Shown here piece by piece: positions 1 through 10,655 of a DNA stretch of 24,000 nt (position 1 is the first letter of the stretch; each line of letters begins with the position of its first letter). Source of the DNA: Methanomicrobiales archaeon (GTDB taxonomy: Archaea; Methanobacteriota; Methanobacteria; Methanobacteriales; Methanobacteriaceae). The position numbers and the translations under genes are program-made. Location: the NCBI GenBank assembly GCA_049975245.1, contig JBNGDB010000009.1, forward strand, positions 26,541-50,540. Direction: 5' to 3'. The notes under the pieces are model-generated. The model had not been told where the DNA came from, ran no database searches, and was given only the letters and a program-made list of their open reading frames with translations.

Positions 1-1
1 T

Positions 2-619
2 GTTATGGAAGAATATGAGGTGGACTTATTAATAGATGCCACTCATCCTTTCGCATCAAATGCCACTAAAAACGCTATAGAGGCAACTAAGAAATTAAAA
101 ATAGAATATGTGCGTTTTGATAGACCTCCGCTAAATAAAATAGATAATAACAAGATCCACACCGTCAGATCATTTGAAGAAACAATTGAGAAGGTTGAAA
201 ATTTACTGAAAAAAGAAGATTCCAATTATAAAATTATGCATTTAGCTGGTGTTTCTAACCTTAAATACTTAGTAAATAAGTTTGATAAAGAAAAAATATG
301 TGTTAGAGTTTTACCTTCTCTAGATTCAATAAGTAAATGCTTAACTCTAGGTATAAATCCAGAAAATATTATTGCCATGCAAGGTACATTTTCAAAAGAA
401 TTTAACAAGGCATTAATGAAAGAATATGGAGCATCTATTATCATTACTAAAGAAAGTGGTTTAACCGGAGGAACTCCTTCTAAAATAAGTGCAGCTTTAG
501 AGCTAGGACTGGATATTGTAATTATTGAAAGACCTCAAATTAAAGAATTAGATAAAAAAAGGGTATTTAATAACATTGATGAGTTATTAGAATACATATA
601 CACAATAAAATCCTATTAA
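2..619 (+). CDS. cbiJ: Cobalt-precorrin-6A reductase (CbiJ/CobK), 5'-truncated by the window edge
   Basis: The frame is open from base 2, so the N-terminus lies outside the window. Family-typical segments are LIDATHPFA, IIAMQGTFSKEFN and ITKESGLTGG...K, ending with a RP-containing tail. Stop codon at 617-619. Confidence 0.8.
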   Translation, partial: VMEEYEVDLLIDATHPFASNATKNAIEATKKLKIEYVRFDRPPLNKIDNNKIHTVRSFEETIEKVENLLKKEDSNYKIMHLAGVSNLKYLVNKFDKEKICVRVLPSLDSISKCLTLGINPENIIAMQGTFSKEFNKALMKEYGASIIITKESGLTGGTPSKISAALELGLDIVIIERPQIKELDKKRVFNNIDELLEYIYTIKSY

Positions 620-676
620 AACTTAATATTTTACAATTTTGTTTATTTAATAACATTATAAAATTCTATAAAACTC

Positions 677-690
677 AAAAAATAAAAAAA
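677..690 (-). terminator. Oligo-T tract (T7-A-T6 on the minus strand) downstream of moeA
   Basis: Plus strand reads aaaaaataaaaaaa at 677-690, about 37 nt after the moeA stop (727-729). Archaeal RNA polymerase terminates at oligo-T runs. Confidence 0.45.
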
Positions 691-726
691 TGTAATAATT
701 AACAAGTAAATTTATTATTTCTATGA

Positions 727-1956
727 TTAAAAGGAGTACTCCTTGTTAATAGTTTTTACTTTAATTAAACTTCCTTCATTAATTATTTCTACATTTTTAG
801 ATATTTTAAAGTATCCATCTGCATCTGCTAGTGCTTTTATTGCGCCAGAATCCTTCATTATAGGATGAGCTTTATTGCCCTCAATCTTTACTAAAACATA
901 TTGTTCTCTGCCCCGGGAAGAATGATATCTCCGGGATATTTCCAATTGGATTTCATTATCTTCTGTATGTTCATAGGGCATAGCAGCCATTTTCCTTAAA
1001 AATGGGGCAAAAAATACATTAAAAACAATAAAAGCTGATACTGGATATCCCGGTAATCCAAATATATATTTATCATTAATATTACCGACAATAGCCGGTT
1101 TACCAGGTTTTACAGCAATGCCGTGTATAAAAACTTCCCCCAGACCGTCTAAAACTTGCCTTAATACATCTCCAGTACCTGCAGAGGTTCCTCCAGAAGT
1201 TATAATTAAATCTGCATTTAAATTATCATTTATTTTAGTTGATAAATCATCATAGTCATCTTTAGTAATCCCTGCCTTAATCGGAATACAACCACATGAT
1301 TTTACTGAATTTGAAATAGTTTCTGAATTTATATCATAAATTTTTCCATATTCCATTTTTTCTTGAGATTCAATTAATTCATTCCCAGTAGAAATTACAG
1401 CTACTTTGGGTTTAGAGTATACTTCAACATTTTTTATGCCTACAGCACTTAAGACTCCAATTTTATCTGCACTTAAAAATTTACCTTTAGAAAGAATTAT
1501 TTCTCCTTCCTTTATGTCAGAACCTTCTTTTGCTATGTATTGGCCCATAGGGGCAGTTTCATAAATATAAATATCATCACCTTTTCTTTCGGTGAATTCT
1601 ATCATTACCAGGCCCGTAGCGCCTTCAGGCATTGGTGCACCGGTTGCAACTTCAATGCAAGTACCTCTTTCTAATTTTTTGGTTGGAATACTTCCTGCTT
1701 TAACTATTTCTATTAAATCCAACTTTACCGGATTTTCTTCAGAAGCACCGAAAGTATCCTCTGCTATGACTGCATAACCATCCATTGATGCCCTATTAAA
1801 ACTAGGTAAATTTATTTCTGAATATACATCAACCGCCAGTACTCTTTGATAAGCATCATTAATTGAAACCTTTTCAGTTTTTCTTTCAAAAGGCAGTTTG
1901 TCGATTATTTTCTTTGCATCTTCAGGGTCCTTAATACTTAGAAATTCTGTTCCCAT
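727..1956 (-). CDS. moeA: Molybdopterin molybdenumtransferase MoeA
   Basis: MoeA motifs are SMDGYAV, TSGGTSAGTGD, KPGKP and GLPGYPVS. I place the start at the ATG at 1954-1956 (MGTEFLSIKD...). The 21 upstream codons of the ORF-track model consist of a tandem DNA repeat and look non-coding. Confidence 0.88.
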   Translation of the reverse strand: MGTEFLSIKDPEDAKKIIDKLPFERKTEKVSINDAYQRVLAVDVYSEINLPSFNRASMDGYAVIAEDTFGASEENPVKLDLIEIVKAGSIPTKKLERGTCIEVATGAPMPEGATGLVMIEFTERKGDDIYIYETAPMGQYIAKEGSDIKEGEIILSKGKFLSADKIGVLSAVGIKNVEVYSKPKVAVISTGNELIESQEKMEYGKIYDINSETISNSVKSCGCIPIKAGITKDDYDDLSTKINDNLNADLIITSGGTSAGTGDVLRQVLDGLGEVFIHGIAVKPGKPAIVGNINDKYIFGLPGYPVSAFIVFNVFFAPFLRKMAAMPYEHTEDNEIQLEISRRYHSSRGREQYVLVKIEGNKAHPIMKDSGAIKALADADGYFKISKNVEIINEGSLIKVKTINKEYSF

Positions 1957-2016
1957 ATTACCACTTTTAATATAATTTATATAATTTACATTACCACTTT
2001 TAATATGATTTATATA
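1957..2016. repeat. Tandem direct repeat: two 27-nt units (26/27 identical) with a 33-bp period, directly upstream of moeA
   Basis: Unit 1 at 1957-1983 is attaccacttttaatataatttatata. Unit 2 at 1990-2016 is attaccacttttaatatgatttatata. On the moeA strand each unit reads TATATAAAT(T/C)ATATTAAAAGTGGTAAT, a TATA-box-like element plus a GTGGTAAT tail. Confidence 0.9.
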
Positions 2017-2103
2017 CATTGTTCATCTTATACTAGTTATATATAAATTATCAATTGGATCATTTATAAAATTTAAATTCAAATTAAATCAGGAGGAGAG
2101 TAT

Positions 2104-2406
2104 TTGAGAAAAGGAGATAACACTAATCAAGGCGTAAGAAGAGTTAGAACCCCTCGTAAGGGAGAAATACCCGGAGTAGTAGAACAGATATTGGGCCATG
2201 GTAAATTAAAAGTTAGATGTGCTGACGGTCATATAAGGCTTGGAAGAATTCCCGGAAAGATGAAAAAAAGGATTTGGATTAGAGAAGGTGATGTTGTTCT
2301 TGTAAAACCGTGGGACTTCCAGAGCGATGAAAAAGCTGATGTTATTTGGAGATATACACGAACAGAATCCAACTGGTTAGAGAAAAGAGGTTTTTTAAAT
2401 CTCTAA
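2104..2406 (+). CDS. eif1a: Translation initiation factor aIF-1A
   Basis: S1/OB-fold eIF1A signature: [47 protein letters not shown] start at 2104, preceded by the strong SD aggaggagag (2091-2100). Confidence 0.93.
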   Translation: MRKGDNTNQGVRRVRTPRKGEIPGVVEQILGHGKLKVRCADGHIRLGRIPGKMKKRIWIREGDVVLVKPWDFQSDEKADVIWRYTRTESNWLEKRGFLNL

Positions 2407-2561
2407 TATTACCATTTTTATGATATTTTTTAAATCATTACACTTTTAAATGTCATTTTTCATGATTTTTATTATTCTAAAAGTATTAGGAATAAATAAG
2501 TAATTCAATTTTTTAATATAATTAAATCTAATTCAATTTTCATATAAAAGGGGCTTAATAA

Positions 2562-3332
2562 ATGAATTCAAAGGTTTCTAAAGCAGATAGTGATTTAAGA
2601 AAAATGCTGGCGGAAAAAAGAATAAAAAGTATCGAAGACAAACGGGTTGGTAGTGAAGTATTTGATAAACAAACTTTAGAAACTCTTTACAAATTAGCTA
2701 AAATGGGCTATATTAATCAATTAAATGGCGCAATAAGCACTGGTAAAGAAGCCAATGTATTCAAAGGTATAGATGATCAGGGCAACTATGTTGCCGTAAA
2801 AATATACAGAATAACCACTTCTGATTTCAAAAAAATGAAGGATTATATTCAAGGAGATCCTCGATTTAAGGTGAGGACATCTAATAAACGGCAACTTGTA
2901 ACTGCATGGGTTAATAAAGAATATAGAAATTTAAAAAGAGCTTATGATGTTGGCATTAATGTTCCCAAACCTATTGTAGCAAAAAATAATGTATTGATAA
3001 TGGAATTTATTGGAGATGACCAAGGATACCCTGCACTTCCCATGCAAGAGGTAGAACTTTCAGAACCTGAAAAAATTTTTAATGAAGTAATAGATTCTAT
3101 TAAAAAATTATATAATGATGCAAAATTAGTTCATGGAGATTTATCTGGCTTTAATATACTGATTAATAAAGATTCGCCCGTTATCATTGACATATCACAA
3201 GGAATGGTACTAGATCATCCCCTGGCTAACGATCTTTTAAATCGAGATATAGAAAATATAGTGCGTGATTTTAAGAAAATGGGTATTAAAATTACTAAAG
3301 AAGAGATTAAAGCTAAAATTATTGACAAATGA
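2562..3332 (+). CDS. rio1: RIO-type serine/threonine protein kinase Rio1
   Basis: RIO motifs are STGKEANVF (nucleotide-binding loop), [10 protein letters not shown] (catalytic loop) and IDISQG (metal-binding). Confidence 0.9.
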   Translation: MNSKVSKADSDLRKMLAEKRIKSIEDKRVGSEVFDKQTLETLYKLAKMGYINQLNGAISTGKEANVFKGIDDQGNYVAVKIYRITTSDFKKMKDYIQGDPRFKVRTSNKRQLVTAWVNKEYRNLKRAYDVGINVPKPIVAKNNVLIMEFIGDDQGYPALPMQEVELSEPEKIFNEVIDSIKKLYNDAKLVHGDLSGFNILINKDSPVIIDISQGMVLDHPLANDLLNRDIENIVRDFKKMGIKITKEEIKAKIIDK

Positions 3333-3502
3333 CGAATTGAAACTATAGAAAAGTATATCATAGAGCATATACTAAATAATTAATATAAATATATTGACTT
3401 TTAAATTTTTTATTAAATAAATCTTAAATTTAATAATATCTGAATCAATTTTAAAACATTTGCATTTATTTATATTATTGAATTTATTTTAGAGGTGAAA
3501 AA

Positions 3503-4069
3503 ATGCCTAACACTGAGTATCTCAAAATACCTAGAGAAAGAGTAGGAGTCGTAATTGGAAAAGAAGGCCAAGTTAAACAAAAAATTGAAGACCTTACCCA
3601 TACTGAAATAAACATTGAAAGCGAAACAGGCAGTATTTCAATATCTCCCACTGCAAAAATGGATGATCCTCTCTCTATTTGGAAAGCCAGAAATATTATA
3701 AGGGCTATTGGAAGAGGATTCAATCCAGAAGTATCTTTCAAACTTTTAGACGATAATTTTATATTAGACATTATTAGGTTACCTGATTTCGTTGGGAAAT
3801 CTAAAAAAGCAATAATAAGACAGAAAGGAAGAATTATTGGAAAAGATGGAAGGACTAGAGAGATAATCAAGGAAATGACTGATACTGATGTTGCTATATA
3901 TGGAAAAACTGTATCTTTGATTGGTGACATTGAAAAAATCATGACCGCCAAAGAAGCAATCGAAATGATTTTAGAAGGGATAAGACATAAAACAGTTTAT
4001 GCATTTTTAGAAAAAAAGAGACATGAATTTAAACTTCGAGAATTTAAAAAAACAGTATCCCCCGAATAA
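3503..4069 (+). CDS. Double-KH-domain RNA-binding protein (archaeal Dim2/Pno1-like)
   Basis: Two KH GXXG loops: [13 protein letters not shown] and [16 protein letters not shown] gaggtga lies upstream. It sits in the conserved archaeal aIF1A-Rio1-KH arrangement. Confidence 0.8.
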   Translation: MPNTEYLKIPRERVGVVIGKEGQVKQKIEDLTHTEINIESETGSISISPTAKMDDPLSIWKARNIIRAIGRGFNPEVSFKLLDDNFILDIIRLPDFVGKSKKAIIRQKGRIIGKDGRTREIIKEMTDTDVAIYGKTVSLIGDIEKIMTAKEAIEMILEGIRHKTVYAFLEKKRHEFKLREFKKTVSPE

Positions 4070-4196
4070 AAAAATGAAAAAGTATTATAATTAGATAGAT
4101 AAATTAAATATTAATTAAAATAATTCTTAAAAAAACTTATAGTATCAAATTACAAAATAGTATTAACAAATAAACAAAAATTTAAGGAGGGTAACT

Positions 4197-5762
4197 TTGG
4201 AACGACAGGCTTCAGAACTCTTTGAAGAGTTTAAAGAACTTACAGCATCAGAATTTTTTAGAAGAAATAAGCAGATGCTGGGATTTTCTGGTAAAATAAG
4301 ATCATTAACCATGGTTTTTCACGAACTAATTACTAACAGTTTTGACGCTGCAGAAGAAGCAGGAATATTGCCAGAAATAAAAATAGATTTAAAAAGATTG
4401 GATAAAGATCATTACATTTTAAGACACCGGGACAATGGACCTGGTATTCCAGACCCATTCATAACCAAGGTTTTTTGTACCATGTTCGCCGGTTCAAAAT
4501 TCAGAAATATACAATCCAGAGGACAGCAAGGTTTAGGTTGTAGTGGATGTGTATTGTTATCCCAGATGACAACTGGAAAACCCGCCCGGATAACCTCTGG
4601 ATACAAAGAAAATGGAGAGATAAAAGGAGTTCAAATGACATTCAAAATGGATGTCAAAAAGAATCAAGGACTTATTTTAGAGCGAAAAGAGATAGAACTG
4701 GATTCGACCGGAGTTTGCATAGAACTTCACTTCAAAGATGTTTCTTATTCCCTCAGTGAGCAAGGAGCTTACGAATATATTAGAAGAACCATGATAGCAA
4801 ATCCTCATTCTAAAATTACCTTCAGAGATCCTACAGGACATATTTATCTCTTTGATAGAGCAAGCAAAGAAATACCTCCCCTTCCTAAAGAGGTACTGCC
4901 TCATCCTAGAGGTGTAACTGCAGATGATCTTATATTCATGGCTAAACATACTGATAAACGTCGATTTAGAAGTATGCTTACCAGTAACCTTTCTAGAATG
5001 TCCACCAAAAGAGTTAATGAAATAGAAGAACTCTCTGGAATAGATTTAAACAAAAGACCTAAGGATATGCAATGGGAAGAAGCTGAAAAAATAGTGGAAT
5101 TATTTAAAAAAATGGATTTCATGGCCCCTCCCACCTCTGGATTAATACCCATTGGACAGGAACAAGTGGAAAAAGGTATGATAGAAATTTTAGATCCGGA
5201 ATTTGTAGCCGCCACCAGTAGAAAACCTGTCACATACCGGGGAGGAGTTGCATTTGTAATTGAATCAGGAATATCCTATGGTGGAGAATCTGGTAGACTA
5301 ATAGGTGAGCAGAAGAAAGCTGAAATTATGAGATTTGCCAATAGGGTTCCATTAACTTTTGATCAAGGTAGTTGTGCAATTACTGAAGCTTTAAAAAGTA
5401 TAGATTGGAAGCGTTATGGTATAAGAGATTTAGACAACGCCCCTATAACTGTTTTTGTTAACATAGTTTCCACTAATGTTCCATATCTATCTACTGGAAA
5501 GCAAAGCGTAGCGCCTGAACCAGAGATACTGCATGAAGTTAGACAAGCCACCATGAAAGTTGCCAGAAAATTACAAAAATATTTAAGGGCTAAAAAGGCT
5601 GAAAAAGAAGAAGCTATGCGTTCGAAGGTATTTGAAACATATGTACCTCTTATTTTAAAAGAAGCAGCAGTTCTTGCTGAAAAGGATGTTCCAGAATATG
5701 AACATGTATTATCCAAAGTAACCAGGAAACCAAAAATATTAGAGGAGTTAGATGATGAATAG
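4197..5762 (+). CDS. top6B: DNA topoisomerase VI subunit B
   Basis: Bergerat (GHKL) ATPase motifs are [15 protein letters not shown] and GQQGLG, with a transducer-like C-terminal half. TTG start follows SD aaggaggg. The gene overlaps top6A by 11 nt. Confidence 0.93.
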   Translation: MERQASELFEEFKELTASEFFRRNKQMLGFSGKIRSLTMVFHELITNSFDAAEEAGILPEIKIDLKRLDKDHYILRHRDNGPGIPDPFITKVFCTMFAGSKFRNIQSRGQQGLGCSGCVLLSQMTTGKPARITSGYKENGEIKGVQMTFKMDVKKNQGLILERKEIELDSTGVCIELHFKDVSYSLSEQGAYEYIRRTMIANPHSKITFRDPTGHIYLFDRASKEIPPLPKEVLPHPRGVTADDLIFMAKHTDKRRFRSMLTSNLSRMSTKRVNEIEELSGIDLNKRPKDMQWEEAEKIVELFKKMDFMAPPTSGLIPIGQEQVEKGMIEILDPEFVAATSRKPVTYRGGVAFVIESGISYGGESGRLIGEQKKAEIMRFANRVPLTFDQGSCAITEALKSIDWKRYGIRDLDNAPITVFVNIVSTNVPYLSTGKQSVAPEPEILHEVRQATMKVARKLQKYLRAKKAEKEEAMRSKVFETYVPLILKEAAVLAEKDVPEYEHVLSKVTRKPKILEELDDE

Positions 5763-6810
5763 GAAGGATATTGCAATTAATAAACTGAAAAGTCTGGGTG
5801 AGATGATAATTGAAGATGTGCAGGAAATGAATGTCCCAGCAATTAAAGTTCCGTCCCGTGGTACATCTAACATTGTTTATGATGATGTTAAGAGGCATTA
5901 CGTTTTAGGAGATCGATATGGTAAAAGATCTCTTGGTAATGTGAAGCAAATAAAAAAGATTGCTCAAATGGTTTATATGGCCAATTTCTGCAAACAATTA
6001 GTAAAAACTCAAAAAACAGCTACATTAAGGGAGCTTTACTATGTTTCTGAAGGTTGGGATGTGGATTTTGGTGACCAGCAAGAATCCAATATTGTTGGCG
6101 AAGACCTAGAAGTTACTCTAGGTATGACCCGTGAAGATCTGGGATTGATGCCTGAAGAGGACGGAGCCTCAGTTTACGGAGAATTAACTATAAAAGAGGG
6201 AGATCTGGAAATTAATGCTATGAAAGCTGGAAAATCTGGTTATACTATTTCTCCAACTATAGATGAAGTTGAATTTATAGACCATGATGTTAAAAGAGTT
6301 ATAGCTGTGGAAACCATGGGTATGTTTCACCGTATGGTTCAAGAAAAAGCTTATAAAAAGTTTGACACCTTAATAGTTGGGCTGAAAGGACAGGCTGCCA
6401 GAGCAACTCGAAGATTCCTTAAAAGGATTAATGAAGATTTAAAACTGCCAGTATATGTTTGTAACGACGGAGATCCATGGGGATTCCACATTGCCATGGT
6501 TATTATATCCGGAAGTGCTAAACTGGCCCATGTAAATCACGAGCTTGCCACTCCAGATGCTAGGTTTCTAGGGGTTACTGCCAGTGATATTATTAACTAT
6601 GACCTTCCCACTGATCCTTTAAAAGATATTGACGTTTTGAGATTAAAGGAACTGCTTAAAGATCCACGTTATAAAGATGAATTCTGGAAAGTGGAAATAA
6701 AGAAAATGCTTAAAATTGGTAAAAAAGCAGAACAGCAGTCTTTCTCTAAATATGGATTGGAATATGTTGTTGACACATATTTCCCTGAAAAATTAGAGGC
6801 TATGGAATAA
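5752..6810 (+). CDS. top6A: DNA topoisomerase VI subunit A (Spo11 homologue)
   Basis: The winged-helix catalytic Tyr region is [12 protein letters not shown]. The Toprim acidic cluster is [13 protein letters not shown] second ATG at 5755 is an alternative start. Confidence 0.93.
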   Translation: MMNRKDIAINKLKSLGEMIIEDVQEMNVPAIKVPSRGTSNIVYDDVKRHYVLGDRYGKRSLGNVKQIKKIAQMVYMANFCKQLVKTQKTATLRELYYVSEGWDVDFGDQQESNIVGEDLEVTLGMTREDLGLMPEEDGASVYGELTIKEGDLEINAMKAGKSGYTISPTIDEVEFIDHDVKRVIAVETMGMFHRMVQEKAYKKFDTLIVGLKGQAARATRRFLKRINEDLKLPVYVCNDGDPWGFHIAMVIISGSAKLAHVNHELATPDARFLGVTASDIINYDLPTDPLKDIDVLRLKELLKDPRYKDEFWKVEIKKMLKIGKKAEQQSFSKYGLEYVVDTYFPEKLEAME

Positions 6811-6828
6811 ACATGGCAAATAAATTCT

Positions 6829-6870
6829 GACCAGCTGCTAAGTTGGTCTAAATACTCTTTTTTTATTTTT
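6829..6870 (+). terminator. Hairpin plus T7/T5 tract after top6A
   Basis: gaccagc-tgctaa-gttggtc at 6829-6848 forms a 7-bp stem with one G-U pair. It is followed by tttttttattttt at 6858-6870. Confidence 0.5.
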
Positions 6871-7190
6871 CTTATTTAATAATTAAATATATAAAAGTAT
6901 GTTCTATTCACTTATTTTTGAAATTTAAATGATATTTTTCATTATATTATAATTTTACTCATTATAAATAGAAAATTAATTTAAATGCAGATTAGTTTAA
7001 AGTAGTTATTCTTTTAAAATGTATTTTTCTAAAAATTGCTATTACATAATAAATATTTAATCAAAAATTTTTGTTTCTAAAATTTCCGGAAAAAAATAAT
7101 AAAATAATAATAGTACCTCAAACATAGCCTTTATAAGTTACAGTAACCCATTCGGTTAAAATAATACAAGGCTAATATAGGAGGTTTATT

Positions 7191-8204
<1,014 letters not shown>

Positions 8205-8205
8205 A

Positions 8206-8246
8206 AGGAGAATAAAAATTAAATATCTCCTAAATTTTTAATTTTT
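8206..8246 (+). terminator. Hairpin plus two T5 tracts after gap
   Basis: aggaga (8206-8211) pairs with tctcct (8226-8231). T5 runs follow at 8235-8239 and 8242-8246. Confidence 0.4.
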
Positions 8247-8263
8247 AAAACCAAAACGAGAAA

Positions 8264-8860
8264 ATGAAAAATTTTAAAATATCATTTTTGGTAATTTTAA
8301 CCGTATTTATTTTTTTGATTTTTACATTAAATGCCGTTATATTGTTTCCAGGGAATTATAGTCCCTTAAATAATTATTTAAGTGACCTTGGAAACTCTTC
8401 ATATAATAGTACGGGTTATCTATTTTTCAATTTAGGATGCATAATAACTGGTATGCTATTAATATTATTCTTTTACAACCTTAAAAAATATTTTAAACCC
8501 GTCCCCCCGAGACATAAACTGTTAATAATCTCCCAAATTGTTGGAATTTATGCATCTTTCTCTTTGATCATGGTGGGAGTCTTTTCAGAGGATTATGGAT
8601 TCATACATTGGATATGGTCTGCATCATTCTTCACCTCACTTATGATAACCCTTATCTTAATTAACATTAACATATTAAAAGATCCCCAATTTACTAATAA
8701 AATAGCTTACTATGGATTTTTTGTAGTTATAATCAATTTATGCTTTATTATCATTTATTTACTCAAAATTTGGGATTTAACACCTTTATTTGAGTGGATA
8801 ACAGTTATTTTGAGTTTAGGGTGGTTGTTACTAATCGCATATAATTTTAGTTCATATTAA
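8264..8860 (+). CDS. Small polytopic membrane protein of unknown function (possibly DUF998-like)
   Basis: 198 aa with about six hydrophobic segments. The LSDLGNSS...FFNLGCIITG segment resembles my recollection of the DUF998 family. No catalytic motif was recognised. Confidence 0.55.
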   Translation: MKNFKISFLVILTVFIFLIFTLNAVILFPGNYSPLNNYLSDLGNSSYNSTGYLFFNLGCIITGMLLILFFYNLKKYFKPVPPRHKLLIISQIVGIYASFSLIMVGVFSEDYGFIHWIWSASFFTSLMITLILININILKDPQFTNKIAYYGFFVVIINLCFIIIYLLKIWDLTPLFEWITVILSLGWLLLIAYNFSSY

Positions 8861-8890
8861 TAAATTTATAAAAAAAAGGAAGTCTTTTAA

Positions 8891-9658
8891 ATGGGTTTTT
8901 ATGATTTATCTAAGGAAAAAAGAAAAGAAGTAGTACAAGAAATGGAAGATAATGTCAAAGAGGAATTAAAATCCAGAAAACCAATAGATTCGTCTTTTTT
9001 ATTAAAATATGTCTCTGATGAAGATATTTATATTCGCAAAAATGCTTATTTAATCATAGGAAGGCTATATCACGCTAACAAAGAGCTTCAAGATATTATC
9101 CTGGATATTTTAGAATTTCTGTTTCAAAGAGATGATGTTAGTGTAAGACAAACAGTAATCTATGCCTGGGGTGAGATTGGTAAAAAGGACGCAGAAAAGA
9201 TAATGGGAAATATGGAAAATGCTATAAAAGATGAAAACCCTAAAATTAGAAATGCTATTATCGGTGCCTTAAAACAGATGGGCCAAAAAAATCCTGAGCC
9301 CACCTTAAAATTTGCTCATACCCATATACATGATCCAGACCCTGAAATTCGCCGAGAAGTTATACATGGAATTGAACTAAGGGGAAGAACACACCCCGAA
9401 GATGTACTTCCCTTATTAAAAGAAGTTCAAAATGAAGATAATAAACGAGCCAGAGATATGATAATACATGTCATTGGTCAGATCAGCTATAAAAAAGGGT
9501 GTTTGGAAAAGGTTGTTTCCAGTTTAAAGCTGTGGAAAAATAAAGATTTAGTAAATGAAGCTTTATATGAAATATTAGATGTTCATAAAAGGTATAAATT
9601 TAGTTATTTGACCTATGAGGAAGCTGAAAAATATATAAAAAATGAATTTCACATTTAA
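8891..9658 (+). CDS. HEAT-repeat (PBS-lyase-type repeat) protein, function unknown
   Basis: About five repeats of the pattern D/N-P/x-x-(V/I)R-x-x-(A/V)-x-x-x-(L/I)G: IYIRKNAYLIIGRL, VSVRQTVIYAWGEIG, PKIRNAIIGALKQMG, PEIRREVIHGIELRG and NKRARDMIIHVIGQIS. Confidence 0.65.
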   Translation: MGFYDLSKEKRKEVVQEMEDNVKEELKSRKPIDSSFLLKYVSDEDIYIRKNAYLIIGRLYHANKELQDIILDILEFLFQRDDVSVRQTVIYAWGEIGKKDAEKIMGNMENAIKDENPKIRNAIIGALKQMGQKNPEPTLKFAHTHIHDPDPEIRREVIHGIELRGRTHPEDVLPLLKEVQNEDNKRARDMIIHVIGQISYKKGCLEKVVSSLKLWKNKDLVNEALYEILDVHKRYKFSYLTYEEAEKYIKNEFHI

Positions 9659-9754
9659 TAACATATAAATTATAAGAATACTGATTAATAATACTCACAT
9701 CTTATTTTATTTTTAGCTAAATAATCAATTATAAATAATTTTATATAATGAAAG

Positions 9755-10609
9755 ATGATAAAAATGACAAAAAAAGTTAGATTTGGTCCTGCAGGCAATC
9801 CAATAGGATTTAAAGGAGAAACAATAGAAGTTTGTGACTATATCCATGAATTAAAACTTAGCTCCTACGAATATCAGGCTACTTATGGAGTAAGAATTTC
9901 CAAAAGTTCTGCTAAACAGCTAAAAGATAATTCTAAAAAAAATGATATTTTGGTTTCTATGCACGGACCCTACTATATTAACTTAAGTTCAAATAAAGAT
10001 GATGTGATTGAAAGGTCCGTGGATAGGCTGGTAAAATCAGCTGAGATTTCAGAGGCAATGGGTGCTTATAGAACCGTATTTCATCCGGGATTCTATACAA
10101 AGTATTCTCCAGAAGAAGCAATGAAAAAAGCAAAAGCAGCAATAAATGAAATTCAGGACCAGCTACAATCAAAAAATATCCATAAATACAATTTAGCACC
10201 AGAAACCACTGGTAAAAAATCACAACTTGGAAGTTTAGATGAGATTATAGAAATTTGCCAGGCATTTGAAAATTTTCAACCGACAATTGACTTTGCACAT
10301 ATACACGCACGGAATAATGGCTGTATACGAAATATAAATGATTATGAAAAAATATTTAAAAAATTAGAAGAGGAATTAGATCCTGACATCTTACATTGTC
10401 ATTTTACAAAAATTGAGTATACAGATGCAGGTGAGAAAAAACACCACACCCTCAAAGAGGATGATTATGGCCCTCCAGTGGAACCTTTACTAAAATTGAT
10501 TATTGAATGCGGCTGGAATGTTACTATTATATGTGAATCTCCTTTGCTGGAAATTGACGCTGCTTTAATTAAAGAAAAATACTATAAAATTTTAAAGAAT
10601 AAATCATGA
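9755..10609 (+). CDS. Endonuclease IV / AP-endonuclease-family-2 TIM-barrel protein
   Basis: Segments matching the Nfo/xylose-isomerase-like barrel are [33 protein letters not shown] and HCHFT...KKHH. The start could instead be the ATG at 9764. Confidence 0.65.
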   Translation: MIKMTKKVRFGPAGNPIGFKGETIEVCDYIHELKLSSYEYQATYGVRISKSSAKQLKDNSKKNDILVSMHGPYYINLSSNKDDVIERSVDRLVKSAEISEAMGAYRTVFHPGFYTKYSPEEAMKKAKAAINEIQDQLQSKNIHKYNLAPETTGKKSQLGSLDEIIEICQAFENFQPTIDFAHIHARNNGCIRNINDYEKIFKKLEEELDPDILHCHFTKIEYTDAGEKKHHTLKEDDYGPPVEPLLKLIIECGWNVTIICESPLLEIDAALIKEKYYKILKNKS

Positions 10610-10655
10610 AAAAATTAATATGATCCTAAAATAAATAAAAAAATGGTGATGTTTT

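Noticed and set aside
1957-2019. 21-codon N-terminal extension of moeA in the ORF track
   Set aside because: The extension is encoded entirely by the tandem TATA-like DNA repeat. MoeA-type sequence begins at the internal Met (1956).
2407-2561. Short AT-rich direct repeats (for example taattcaatttt twice, and catttttatgat / catttttcatgat) between aIF-1A and rio1
   Set aside because: The units are 12-13 nt in very AT-rich spacer DNA. Such repeats are expected by chance, and they have neither CRISPR-like regular spacing nor conserved length.
3484-3951. 155-aa ORF antisense to the KH-domain gene
   Set aside because: It lies entirely within and opposite a well-supported CDS. Its Ser/Ile/Leu/Phe-rich low-complexity composition is typical of the antisense frame of AT-rich coding DNA. 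It has no SD and no motif.
4412-5898. Several minus- and plus-strand ORFs (64-120 aa) overlapping top6B and top6A
   Set aside because: All are shadow ORFs inside strongly supported topoisomerase VI genes. Their compositions are not protein-like, and they have no ribosome-binding sites.
6871-7190. Long (~380 bp with the terminator) AT-rich intergenic region before gap; I checked it for a tRNA, sRNA or small ORF
   Set aside because: It has no GC-rich stems, no cloverleaf-compatible segments, and only trivial ORFs (5 codons or fewer). It most likely holds just the top6A terminator plus the gap promoter and leader.
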